Assembly (NCBI GenBank): GCA_903847315.1
Contig: CAINDG010000031.1
Location: 31,435 to 95,434, forward strand
DNA: 64,000 nt
Origin: an uncultured Planctomycetota bacterium
GTDB taxonomy: Bacteria; Planctomycetota; Phycisphaerae; Sedimentisphaerales; UBA12454
Reading direction: 5' to 3'
The notes beneath the pieces were generated by a model. It was not told the origin of the DNA, did no database searches, and saw nothing but the letters and a program-made list of their open reading frames with translations. Position numbers and translations under genes: made by a program. Shown here piece by piece: positions 19,409-28,154 of the stretch. Positions within the stretch are counted from its first letter, which is position 1; every line of letters begins with the position of its first letter.

Positions 19409-22400
19409 TCATTGCGACAAATCCCCTGAAATGGCGAAAAGCGAACTGGACTGACTTGCGGGCTTATGTAGCCGAATGTGCAGCAGTAACGCTGCATCCC
19501 GAAAATTACCCTGCCAGATATTGGCCTAAAAAAGTTTCGACAAAGGATGCGCTCGAAGACTTGCGAAGATTGGTCTGGCTCAAAGAGCATCCGCAAGCAG
19601 GCCAGATTGACGATTCGATTTTAGAATTTGCCCTGCCGGAACTTGACCCCGGAGAGCCGATTTATAAATATCGAGGCGAGTGGATTGTAACTACTTACGA
19701 TATTTTTTTGAAAAGATGGTTTTGGTGGGTAAACAAAGAAGATAAGACCCGCACTCAGGCAAATATTATGCCTGAGCCGCCATCGTTCGCGAAAATCTGG
19801 CTTGAAACCACAACATATCGTAAAGGGGCTTATGTGATTGACCCTTATGATATGTTCAGTTACCAATCACTCGAAGATAATAACGCAGGTAATTCTCCGC
19901 ACGGAAGTTTGAACAAATGGGTCAAAAAATCAAATTCCATCCATCCAAACGACCTCCCAAACTGGGAAGAAAAACCTTATAACGTAACTGAGGCGTGGTC
20001 ATATAATACGCCTTATGTAATTAATAATGAATCACTTGCGAGCGATGGATATATTTATAGGTCGAAAGTTGGCACGGAAGAAAATCCGAATCTTGACCAC
20101 GACCCGGTTGCAGATACAACCCACACTTACTGGGATTGTGTCGGTACGGAAGAAAACATTGTTTTTTATCCCGACAAGGTAACGATTGACGGCAGGTTAG
20201 GAGAGGCCGAACCTTACGACCCTAAAAAAAGATATTGTATGGGTGATTCGGCACGCGGCAGCGATGGCTTTAAATATGTCTCAAAGGTTGGAACTATCGC
20301 ATCTCCCAATATCGGCAATGACCCCGTGGGCGATACGGTTCACTGGGAAATTCCGTCAATTACCGATGGCGTCGCTTACAAGGCGAAGATTCCAATAACA
20401 GGTGATGATATTCATATCCCGCCGCCGCAAAATAAAACCGGCTGGGAAAAATGGGCAAACTGGTATATCGAAGACGCAAACTGGTACGGAATTCCGAATC
20501 CTAATTTTTACCACGACTTCGATACCAACTCACCGTATTTATTTATCAAACAAGAATTAAACGGCGGCCTTGAGAATCTGATTGACTGTCCACCCCAATG
20601 GTTTTATCCGCCGCAGGATGATGCCCGCAGAATATTTGACCCTGTTCGTTTCGCTGATACAGGTCTAACGCTGTTTCAATATAAAAGCAAGGTCAAAAGT
20701 CCCGAAATTACCGACCCTCAAACACTTGGGCCGGTGTTTGATATATGGGACAGGTTCGCAATTCAGGATGCATATTCAGACCCGCCAGTTCCATACATAG
20801 TTTCCAAACCACCGGGAAAACTTTTATATCGAGGAGCGTATTTAGGCGGGCAATATTCAAATTACGATTCACTTAATCGCAATAGTCCCGGCCTTGATGC
20901 GGGTATGCAGCGAACCGAACCTTACGAATGGAGTTACAATCCCAAGGTAAAAAAATATTCGCCGATGCAAAATAAAATTGAATGTATTTTGTCAGACAAT
21001 TGCTGGCGAATTTTAGCGGATGAAGTTTATAAAGCAAACTGGCGAATCTGGAAAGGACTTGCTGTCGGCGCGGAGGTAACTGAAGAAACAGACTGGCTGG
21101 ATTATGTTTTACTGGTTGACCCGCGACACGGAGATAATGAAAGCGGTTTTGAATGTGCCATGCGGCGATATGGTAAATACGATTGGTATTTTGATTCCGT
21201 TTATCCTTACGTCCCATTTTACGATGCAGCTTCGCCGGCAAAATCTTTCGTCTGCTATCTCAAAAGTCTGTCGGGAGATTTAGAGACTCATAAAACAGAA
21301 TATAATATGCGATTTGCCGGAACATTCAGAAGAACCTGGAAGCACGGGATGGGTCGTAAATCACCATTTATGCGGTCGCTCGAAATGGGTGAGCCAACTC
21401 ATTTGAGAGACACATTCACAAAAGTATCTCCTCTCGACCAAAAAGAATACACGTGGTTCGGAGCACGGACGAATGATTTTCCACCTATCAGCGAGTTTGA
21501 CCCGGAAAATAGTTTTGCGGATATTACGGCAAAACAAACTATCAACAACTGGGTTAATAACACCGAGTATGACAAAGGTACAAAAATCTGCTTTAACATT
21601 ATCAGTGCCGATAATTTTAATTTGAATACCGGATATGTTATCGGCGATGTAGTTAAGGCGTCGAATAATAAATATTATATTTCAAAAGTTGGCACGCAGC
21701 AGAATCCAAACCTCGGTCAGGAACCGGCGACATATCAGGGCTGGGAATGGGTTAAAAATCTTTGCTATCGCGCAAAGGTAGCGATAGAGGGGGCATCCGC
21801 ACTTCTGCCGCCGCCGCTCAATACAGATTGGGAAGTCGTCAGCGACTATAAAATCGAAATTGACGGCGATAAGACAAATATTTTAAAGCCCGGCTGGGTG
21901 ATTCATCTCTGTCAAGAGACCTCTGATTTGATTTCTAATGGTGAATTCTTCTTAAACTGGGCGTACATTATGTCGCTCAAATATAATTCGGAAACATCTC
22001 GAACGGAAATCATTCTGCATTTTCCGGAAGAGACAACGGTCAATTCGAGGGTTCTTGCCTGCACAAAAATCGGCTGGAACGCAAATATCTCAAAGAGGCA
22101 CGATGGAATCGGAATTACAAGAGACAGCAACGGAACTGTTACGCCGTTATATCAACTTACTGCAGAGATGCTTGTCGAGATGTATGATGTTTTGGAATAT
22201 GCAAAATATGTAGATTATATTATGCCCGAACTGGATGTCAATCTTGGCACGTGGCCGAATGACAGGGGGCAAGGCGAAGATGGGGAGTTTTATAAAGCCG
22301 ATTCAGTCGGCGATTATGTTGGCCGTCTCACGAGTAAGATGAGCAGCGAATTCGGCTATGAAATTGAAATTGAAAAAGGTTGGTTTTCCGACGCCGTGGA

Positions 22401-23835
22401 TGTCGGTTCTTTTATTCAGGCAGGCGGTTATACTCCATACGAGTATAACCGCGAGGCTCCCCTCGCAAGGCATAAAATGTTTTCGGGTATGGGTTGGTTT
22501 TCGGCGATGGTCATATCCGGCACGTGGGTGGGATTAAAGAATCCGCCGAAATATATTATCGTACAATTTTTATTACACTCTATAATTGATTACAGCGGCA
22601 ATGGGATGCTCTGCACACCGTGTTCGGCGGGCGGCATATCGGCACCACCATTAATTCAACAGGGTCAACAGGTCAAATATTATCGAAGGCATTTAAGACT
22701 CAATGCAAACGGAGACAAACATTTTTTGATTCCGCCAATGATTCCTCCATACGATGTGTATATAACATCGGTTGAGCAGAATGATTACGATGAAAATGGC
22801 GATTTGTATTTTCCGTACCGACCGAGAACGTGGCTGACCTCTTATCTTGGAGGTTCGACATTACTGGGAATCCAAGCCGTATTGCCGGACTCATTCATTG
22901 AGATAGAAAACATTACTACTCCCGATAGCGTTTTTGAGAATGGATTATTAGTTCATCATATCGACGCCGCGTTAACGCTCGATGAAGATATTAAGCCGCC
23001 GCTGCCGAACCCGCCAATTTTTGAAGAAAAGTCGCAAGTATATTATAAAGTAATTTTGCCTTATGGACCCGGCAAGACTCCTGAGAATCCCGAATTTTGG
23101 AGCGTGTACGGTTTGTATCCGGCAGGCAGTTATGTTTTAGATTCAACACAAAGAATAGTTTTTAATGGCGAGGCATTTTATATTTTATACCACGCTATCA
23201 ATGATGATTATGCGAATAAAGGAATATATGACCCAATGTATTGGGAAAAAATTCCATTCTCATTTGAAAAAAGAATCCGTGCAGAGATCGGTAAATGTGT
23301 GGATGATGAATCGCTCAGCAATCCAGTCCGCTATCGACTTATCGGCGAAGGCGATGCACCGACGGGGGCTTGGACGGAAAATCAGGAAGTCGAAATAACG
23401 ATAGAGGCATTGGCGATCGAAGATGTTATCGGCACAATTATTTTGGATGACACCGTGGTCTCATACCCAGGCGGGACGGTAGTACGGATTCCACTTAATG
23501 CAACGGGGCTTATCGCGGGAATGACGGTCGTATTTATAAACGGTTGGCCTGTGCCGAACAATGTTGTGATAGCGGCGGTTGACCCGAATTTTCAGTGGAT
23601 TGAAATAGACTGGGGATGGAGCGACCCGTACGAGCCGATTCGTTTTCCAAATAATTCAAGAATGCTGTTTGGAAAAATACGAGAGGATAATTGGTCGAGC
23701 GACCCGGCAGCGAATTATAAATTTGCCTGCCAGGCGAAAGATAATGCCACGCCGCAGAATGTCGGACTGCCGAGCGAATTTGCGCAGGTGGCCGCGCCTG
23801 ACGAATGGCCGATGGATATTTGGATTAATCTGTAG
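19405..23835 (+). CDS. Giant tail fibre / receptor-binding protein with repeated aromatic carbohydrate-binding-like modules
   Basis: 1476 aa. ATGA overlap with the upstream gene. Three copies of SKVG....NPN.G.[DE]P...W modules plus several W...Y..G..V...P..W segments. It is the last gene of the late operon. Confidence 0.5.
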   Translation: MIIATNPLKWRKANWTDLRAYVAECAAVTLHPENYPARYWPKKVSTKDALEDLRRLVWLKEHPQAGQIDDSILEFALPELDPGEPIYKYRGEWIVTTYDIFLKRWFWWVNKEDKTRTQANIMPEPPSFAKIWLETTTYRKGAYVIDPYDMFSYQSLEDNNAGNSPHGSLNKWVKKSNSIHPNDLPNWEEKPYNVTEAWSYNTPYVINNESLASDGYIYRSKVGTEENPNLDHDPVADTTHTYWDCVGTEENIVFYPDKVTIDGRLGEAEPYDPKKRYCMGDSARGSDGFKYVSKVGTIASPNIGNDPVGDTVHWEIPSITDGVAYKAKIPITGDDIHIPPPQNKTGWEKWANWYIEDANWYGIPNPNFYHDFDTNSPYLFIKQELNGGLENLIDCPPQWFYPPQDDARRIFDPVRFADTGLTLFQYKSKVKSPEITDPQTLGPVFDIWDRFAIQDAYSDPPVPYIVSKPPGKLLYRGAYLGGQYSNYDSLNRNSPGLDAGMQRTEPYEWSYNPKVKKYSPMQNKIECILSDNCWRILADEVYKANWRIWKGLAVGAEVTEETDWLDYVLLVDPRHGDNESGFECAMRRYGKYDWYFDSVYPYVPFYDAASPAKSFVCYLKSLSGDLETHKTEYNMRFAGTFRRTWKHGMGRKSPFMRSLEMGEPTHLRDTFTKVSPLDQKEYTWFGARTNDFPPISEFDPENSFADITAKQTINNWVNNTEYDKGTKICFNIISADNFNLNTGYVIGDVVKASNNKYYISKVGTQQNPNLGQEPATYQGWEWVKNLCYRAKVAIEGASALLPPPLNTDWEVVSDYKIEIDGDKTNILKPGWVIHLCQETSDLISNGEFFLNWAYIMSLKYNSETSRTEIILHFPEETTVNSRVLACTKIGWNANISKRHDGIGITRDSNGTVTPLYQLTAEMLVEMYDVLEYAKYVDYIMPELDVNLGTWPNDRGQGEDGEFYKADSVGDYVGRLTSKMSSEFGYEIEIEKGWFSDAVDVGSFIQAGGYTPYEYNREAPLARHKMFSGMGWFSAMVISGTWVGLKNPPKYIIVQFLLHSIIDYSGNGMLCTPCSAGGISAPPLIQQGQQVKYYRRHLRLNANGDKHFLIPPMIPPYDVYITSVEQNDYDENGDLYFPYRPRTWLTSYLGGSTLLGIQAVLPDSFIEIENITTPDSVFENGLLVHHIDAALTLDEDIKPPLPNPPIFEEKSQVYYKVILPYGPGKTPENPEFWSVYGLYPAGSYVLDSTQRIVFNGEAFYILYHAINDDYANKGIYDPMYWEKIPFSFEKRIRAEIGKCVDDESLSNPVRYRLIGEGDAPTGAWTENQEVEITIEALAIEDVIGTIILDDTVVSYPGGTVVRIPLNATGLIAGMTVVFINGWPVPNNVVIAAVDPNFQWIEIDWGWSDPYEPIRFPNNSRMLFGKIREDNWSSDPAANYKFACQAKDNATPQNVGLPSEFAQVAAPDEWPMDIWINL

Positions 23836-24109
23836 TCTTAAATTTATTGAGACAGTCGGGACATAAATTTTGGCCGGAATCGAGCGGCTTCATCGCATCT
23901 TTCGGAAAAGATAAACCGCAAATATCACACTTAACCTTTGCCCCTGCGGTAATCACAATTGACTGTTGAATAACGGTTAGAAGTTTATAGATGTTTTGAA
24001 GCGAATCGGCGATGTCGTTTATGCGGAAAATATAACGCGCAAGAGATATTATTAATGCAAAAAAAACAGCGATGCCACCGACAATAATTATGATAAAAAA
24101 ATATGCCAT
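23825..24109 (-). CDS. Membrane-anchored zinc-ribbon protein (accessory/moron gene)
   Basis: 94 aa. N-terminal TM (FFIIIIVGGIAVFFALIISL). C-terminal CDIC...CPDC. Its 3' end overlaps the convergent tail-fibre gene by 11 nt. Confidence 0.45.
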   Translation of the reverse strand: MAYFFIIIIVGGIAVFFALIISLARYIFRINDIADSLQNIYKLLTVIQQSIVITAGAKVKCDICGLSFPKDAMKPLDSGQNLCPDCLNKFKTTD

Positions 24110-24192
24110 CGCCTGATCTGTTTGGGGTTATATTCCAGCAGAAAATACATATTTCTCCTTTCGAGTTATCTTGAACAGGCGAACAGAGAATA

Positions 24193-24834
24193 TTAGGGGT
24201 ATATAGAATCAATACTGAATTTGCAATATGATACTCTTGTGAAAATCCGATAAAATTCTACTTTAAAAGGTTTCATCTGCCCCTTTTCTATTCGGCCAAT
24301 TTGAAAAGAATCAACATTGAGCAATTGATCTTTGTTATCATAAAGACTTACAGAAAAGGAGGCATTTTGATATGTTCGGGTATAATTATTTGTCACTTCA
24401 CCGACAACAGTTACAGTCATGTCGTCAATTCTGCTTATTTGAACATTTTTAAAGCTGAATTTTCCGGGAATATTATCAGTACTATTATTGGAAATGAATT
24501 TTTGTAGATTTTCATTTTTTTCAGTTAATGCATCATTTTCTTCAGCACCTTCTTTTGATATATCTTTCCAGCGTTCAACATCTTTTTTAAGAGAAAGGAT
24601 ATAGTCGGTCGATTCATTAAGCTTAATAGTTGATTTGTTAAGATTGTCAGCGGCCTTATTTAGTAATTGGTTACTTGCCTGTATTTTTTCATCGGCGGCT
24701 TTTTGAATAATTTCAATTTGCTGTTTAACTTTTTCTCTGTCTGTTCGGGTAAGCAAAGTGCCTGCCACAAATCCAGCAACTCCGGCGATTCCAGCGGATA
24801 TAATCACAGCAAGAATCAGGTGTTCTTTTTTCAC
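24193..24834 (-). CDS. Membrane-anchored coiled-coil protein with a C-terminal beta domain (FxLYD-like)
   Basis: 213 aa. N-terminal TM (LILAVIISAGIAGVAGFVAG), then a coiled coil. C-terminus ...VTVVGEVTNNYTRTYQNASFSVSLYDNKDQLL... resembles FxLYD-type domains. Confidence 0.45.
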   Translation of the reverse strand: MKKEHLILAVIISAGIAGVAGFVAGTLLTRTDREKVKQQIEIIQKAADEKIQASNQLLNKAADNLNKSTIKLNESTDYILSLKKDVERWKDISKEGAEENDALTEKNENLQKFISNNSTDNIPGKFSFKNVQISRIDDMTVTVVGEVTNNYTRTYQNASFSVSLYDNKDQLLNVDSFQIGRIEKGQMKPFKVEFYRIFTRVSYCKFSIDSIYP

Positions 24835-24842
24835 GTATTCCT

Positions 24843-25196
24843 CTAAGCTTTTTTGTGATATCGTTTAGGGCCAAACATTTCGACGAAAATCTTTTTTAAT
24901 TGGTCGTATTCATTTGGCAGCACAGTAATTTTTTCAACGCCAGATTCAGACATTAAACGCACTACTGTATTAATTGCTTGTTCTACATTTTCGGTTTGCG
25001 GAGGCGTTTCCTCAACAGATTTATTTGCTTCCTCTACCATTTTTTCACGCTCATCGGACTTCATTTTACTTAAAGCAATGACTCCGGCCGAGAGGAGAAT
25101 GTTGGTTCCTCCAAATTTATTGATTATTTGCTCTGCAACAATCTGCGCATGCGGAGTAAGAAGCTTTTTTATGGTTGATAGTTTTTTCTCGGCCAT
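24843..25196 (-). CDS. Hypothetical protein (first gene of the antisense cluster)
   Basis: Track ORF starts at TTG 25214; ATG 25196 (MAEKKLSTIKK...) is more likely. No recognisable motif. Confidence 0.35.
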   Translation of the reverse strand: MAEKKLSTIKKLLTPHAQIVAEQIINKFGGTNILLSAGVIALSKMKSDEREKMVEEANKSVEETPPQTENVEQAINTVVRLMSESGVEKITVLPNEYDQLKKIFVEMFGPKRYHKKA

Positions 25197-25318
25197 AAAT
25201 CGAATAGTATACAAATTTTAAATCAGTTGTAAATATTTATCATTATTATGGTTACAGGCCGCATAAATCTGATTTTATAAGAAATATCAGAAAAATACGA
25301 AAAAATCTGTTTTTTCAT

Positions 25319-25347
25319 TTGACAAAATATCCCAGCACTCGTAATAT
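25319..25347 (+). promoter_or_regulatory. Near-consensus sigma70-type promoter: TTGACA - 17 nt - TAATAT
   Basis: TTGACA at 25319-25324 and TAATAT at 25342-25347, with the spacer counted as 17 nt. Lies in a 290-bp AT-rich gap, divergent from the antisense cluster. Confidence 0.5.
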
Positions 25348-25505
25348 CGCCGGTGCAATAAGGATTAAGCAAAAAATGGCAAAGAAGAAAAATTAAGAAA
25401 GTCGCCGGAACTCAGCTTTGGCATCCAAACCTCTTATTTTCAATCTTGCCTATTTTAACATTTAAGAATTAAAAGTCAAGTAAAAAGTTCCGCCATAGTT
25501 CGGCT

Positions 25506-25997
25506 ATGGCGAGATCTCGCCCGCCCATCGGGGCAAGGCGGACAAGAAAAATCCGGCCAGCCACGAAGGCACAAAGACACGAAGTTTTTGGGTATTTTAT
25601 GGATGTGATAGCAAAGACGAAAGGGCACCTCGATGAGATAGTTGAAGCAACATCTCACGGGGCAAGACAGGGGATGGGAATAGAGGGATTGCCGGTCTGT
25701 CCGGCGGGGCATCTGGTTCTATGCAAGCCAGTGGTCAAGACCTTCCTGAAATGGCAGTTTCAGCGGTACGAGACGTTCTGCCATCACTGCGACCGCCGGT
25801 ACATCATTTATCGCTGGCGGTGGCTGGGTGATAAGGAATGGACAATCTGGCGATACAAAGCCTTTCCCCCGAATGAGATAGCCGAAGCGACATCTCACGG
25901 GGCAAGCCGGGATGATACGTTTCACATCGCTTACCGTCCACCAGTCGAGGTATTAAATAATATTCTTTTTATGCAGGAAATCGCCACGATGGGATAG
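25506..25997 (+). CDS. Hypothetical Arg-rich zinc-ribbon protein flanked by a repeated EI.EATSHGA motif (coding status uncertain)
   Basis: 163-aa ORF with CPAGHLVLC...CHHC. The region is GC-rich and stop-free on both strands, so it could instead be structured RNA. Confidence 0.3.
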   Translation: MARSRPPIGARRTRKIRPATKAQRHEVFGYFMDVIAKTKGHLDEIVEATSHGARQGMGIEGLPVCPAGHLVLCKPVVKTFLKWQFQRYETFCHHCDRRYIIYRWRWLGDKEWTIWRYKAFPPNEIAEATSHGASRDDTFHIAYRPPVEVLNNILFMQEIATMG

Positions 25998-26032
25998 CCG
26001 CGGGCAGCCCACATGGTAAAGGAGTTTTTAAA

Positions 26033-26479
26033 ATGAGAGCGATAAAATTCAGGGCTTGGGATAAACGCTTAAGCAAAATGCTTGATGCTTTAGGTTTATA
26101 TTTCAGGAGAGACGGTTCGTTAATGGACGTAGGGCTTAGGGACGATAGCGGCACAGTTGTTGATGTCAAAGGTGTAGAGATTATGCAATTTACCGGCTTG
26201 CTCGATAAAAACGGCAAAGAGATTTATGAGGGGGATATAGTAAGAATATTTCATAGAAAATGGTATTTAAATGCCCCGACAGAATGGAAAGTATTTAAAC
26301 TTAAATCCGGCAAAGAACAGTTGGGAGCCGTTTATTTTGACGAGAATGACTATAGATATCGCGCGAAGTGTTTAGAGAATTTTAGTCCGGTATTTGATAA
26401 TTGCGGAGAACACGGAACGAGACATTTTGAAGTAATTGGCAATATTTATGAAAATCCAGAATTGTTAAAATCAACGTAA
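26033..26479 (+). CDS. YopX family phage protein
   Basis: MRAIKFRAWDK...MQFTGLLDKNGKEIYEGDIV...FEVIGNIYENPELL is the classic YopX pattern. AAGGAG lies upstream of the ATG. Confidence 0.85.
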   Translation: MRAIKFRAWDKRLSKMLDALGLYFRRDGSLMDVGLRDDSGTVVDVKGVEIMQFTGLLDKNGKEIYEGDIVRIFHRKWYLNAPTEWKVFKLKSGKEQLGAVYFDENDYRYRAKCLENFSPVFDNCGEHGTRHFEVIGNIYENPELLKST

Positions 26480-26489
26480 TCAGCAAATA

Positions 26490-26541
26490 CTCCCTCTCGA
26501 TTTTGCTTTCAAGGCTGCAAAATCTGGTGATAAATCGGGAG
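26490..26541 (+). repeat. Nested-hairpin intergenic element, copy C
   Basis: CTCCCTCT cg ATTTTGC-tttcaaggct-GCAAAAT ctggtGATAAATCGGGAG, immediately after yopX. Confidence 0.85.
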
Positions 26542-26695
26542 TTCAAAACAAGGTTTTGAAGCTATTTTACAAGTTAATATGAGAGGGATATGGTTCCGAA
26601 GGATTGAATTTACAGCTTGACTTTTAAGGACAAAAGCGGTAAGCTATCGGCATTATGCTGTAGCTTGCGGCTTTTACGGAAGGGAGGATAGTGGT

Positions 26696-27616
26696 ATGAG
26701 AAAAAGCTGTAAGCTGAATCAACTTATTGCAAATTATCTGGCGATTAACAAAAGAATCGCGCCGTCAACGGCAGACCTGAATCAAAGGGCTTTCGATGAA
26801 TTGATAGATTTGGCCGGCGATATTGAGGCAGACAGGGTTTCGGCGGATGATGCCGAACTTTTTCAGGCGTATCTGATTGAAAAAAGACTGTCCAAAACGT
26901 CGGCGAATATTTTAATTTCATCGATAAATCCGGTTTTCAACTGGGCGGTTCGAAAGGGAACAATCGGGAAAAATCCTTTTGCGATTTTGAAAAAGTTTAA
27001 AATCACAAAACGTCCGATTACGATTTTCGAGACCGATGAGATTAAAAGGCTGCTGGAATGCTCGAATGATTTATGGAAGGCGAGGATACTGCTGGGACTG
27101 TCAACTCTGAGGCGAGGCGAAGTGCTGAATCTGACAATCAGGGACATAGATTTTGAAAACATGATTATCAGGGTAACGCCAAAAGACAAGACGGCCTATA
27201 CCTGGGCATGGCAGCCGAAGGATTGCGAGATGAGAATAGTGCCTTTGATTTCGCAGCTTGTTAATGTGTTTTTAAGACTCATCGAGAAGCTGCCGGATGG
27301 ACAGCCTTATGTTTGCTTGCTACCGCAGCGGTATCAATTTTTAAGAAGTAAAAACAACTTGAAATATCGCTGGCGAAGCAATCCGGATAATAATTTCGAG
27401 CGGAATTTCAGATTGATTTGCAAGAGGGCGATGATTAGCGGTAAGGTCTTTCACGATTTGCGAAAGACAGGGCTCACCTTACTGACTGGCGGGTTACGAC
27501 TGCAGGAAGTAAGGGATATTGGCGGTCATTCGAGTATTGAAACGACCGAAAAATATCTGGCGAATCGTAAAGACTGTTTGTCTCGAGCGCGTGAACTGAT
27601 AAGTAATGGCGTCTGA
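26696..27616 (+). CDS. int: Tyrosine recombinase / phage integrase
   Basis: 306 aa. Motifs RRGEVLNLTIRDID (Arg I), HDLRKTG (H-x-x-R) and GHSSIETTEKYL (His...Tyr nucleophile). GGAGG lies upstream. Sits adjacent to the att-type tRNA fragment. Confidence 0.9.
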   Translation: MRKSCKLNQLIANYLAINKRIAPSTADLNQRAFDELIDLAGDIEADRVSADDAELFQAYLIEKRLSKTSANILISSINPVFNWAVRKGTIGKNPFAILKKFKITKRPITIFETDEIKRLLECSNDLWKARILLGLSTLRRGEVLNLTIRDIDFENMIIRVTPKDKTAYTWAWQPKDCEMRIVPLISQLVNVFLRLIEKLPDGQPYVCLLPQRYQFLRSKNNLKYRWRSNPDNNFERNFRLICKRAMISGKVFHDLRKTGLTLLTGGLRLQEVRDIGGHSSIETTEKYLANRKDCLSRARELISNGV

Positions 27617-27632
27617 CGTTTTGTCAGGCGCC
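27608..27632 (+). terminator. 10-bp hairpin spanning the integrase stop codon
   Basis: GGCGTCTGAC-gtttt-GTCAGGCGCC (one G-U pair). It abuts the tRNA-like fragment and could be a terminator or an att arm structure. Confidence 0.4.
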
Positions 27633-27679
27633 CTTGCATGGCATGCAAGAGGTCGTGAGTCCGAGTCTCACTGGCTCCA
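27633..27679 (+). pseudogene. tRNA-Ala(GGC)-like 3' portion (anticodon arm to discriminator) without a 5' half; att site
   Basis: Anticodon arm CTTGC-ATGGCAT-GCAAG (U33, anticodon GGC, A37). Variable loop AGGTC. T arm GTGAG-TCCGAGT-CTCAC. Acceptor 3' strand TGGCTCC (U70 fits the Ala G3:U70 identity pair) plus A73. No matching GGAGCCA/D-arm upstream. The T loop has C where U55 is expected. Confidence 0.55.
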
Positions 27680-27687
27680 TTTGTTTT
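27635..27687 (+). repeat. Direct repeat copy 1 (53 bp, att-type)
   Basis: Hand alignment with 36582-36634 gives 51/53 identical. The only difference is CA (27669-27670) versus GG (36616-36617). Confidence 0.9.
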
Positions 27688-27733
27688 AAGTTCAAAAAAA
27701 AGTTTTTTTTCATTTCTCTATGAAGATTTTTTA

Positions 27734-28141
27734 ATGTCCGAGAAACCATTTCATCTGGCAGTTCGAGCTGTTATATTAGATAAGCAAAATCGATGTCTGC
27801 TGCTTCGACGGTCGAATGCGTGTCGGAGTTTTGTGGGGAAATGGGAATGGCCGGGCGGCAAAATTGATGATGGTGAAACGTTCGATGTGGCTTTACTGCG
27901 TGAGATTAACGAAGAGACTGGGCTGGAAATCGAACTTATAAACGTTATCGGAGCCTATAATATTGAAATGGCCCAGATACGTCTGGTAGTGTTGTGTATG
28001 GAAGCCAGGCTTGTAGGTGGAACGTTCAAGATAAGCGAAGAGCATGACAAGTATTCGTGGGTGTCTTTGACGGATTTGTCGAAATGGGATATGACGGCCG
28101 GGCTCAAGGAATTTGCCGAGTCTTATGCAGCAAAAAAATAA
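27734..28141 (+). CDS. NUDIX hydrolase
   Basis: Complete Nudix box GGKIDDGETFDVALLREINEETGL (G-x5-E-x7-R-E-U-x-E-E-x-G-U). 135 aa. Confidence 0.85.
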   Translation: MSEKPFHLAVRAVILDKQNRCLLLRRSNACRSFVGKWEWPGGKIDDGETFDVALLREINEETGLEIELINVIGAYNIEMAQIRLVVLCMEARLVGGTFKISEEHDKYSWVSLTDLSKWDMTAGLKEFAESYAAKK

Positions 28142-28154
28142 GGAGAAAATAAAC

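Larger units (their letters stand above)
1..27687. mobile_element. Prophage right arm (truncated at left window edge): head, tail, accessory and integration modules
   Basis: Co-linear + strand structural operon with many 1-11 nt start/stop overlaps. YopX and a tyrosine integrase lie at the distal end, followed directly by a tRNA-like 3' fragment that recurs 8.9 kb downstream. Confidence 0.85.

Noticed and set aside
25631-25665. Hammerhead-type ribozyme suggested by GATGAGA...GAAGC
   Set aside because: The conserved CUGAUGA core and the GAAA box are not both present in either copy.
25633-25915. Diversity-generating retroelement TR/VR pair
   Set aside because: The repeats are only 43 nt long. 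The substitutions are not adenine-specific (TT to CC, A to G, A to C). No reverse transcriptase gene is present.
27606-27679. Possibility of a complete tRNA gene after the integrase
   Set aside because: Only the anticodon arm, variable loop, T arm and acceptor 3' strand are present. The upstream sequence is the int stop plus a hairpin, with no GGAGCCA acceptor 5' strand or D arm. The T loop has C at the U55 position. It is called an att-type fragment instead.
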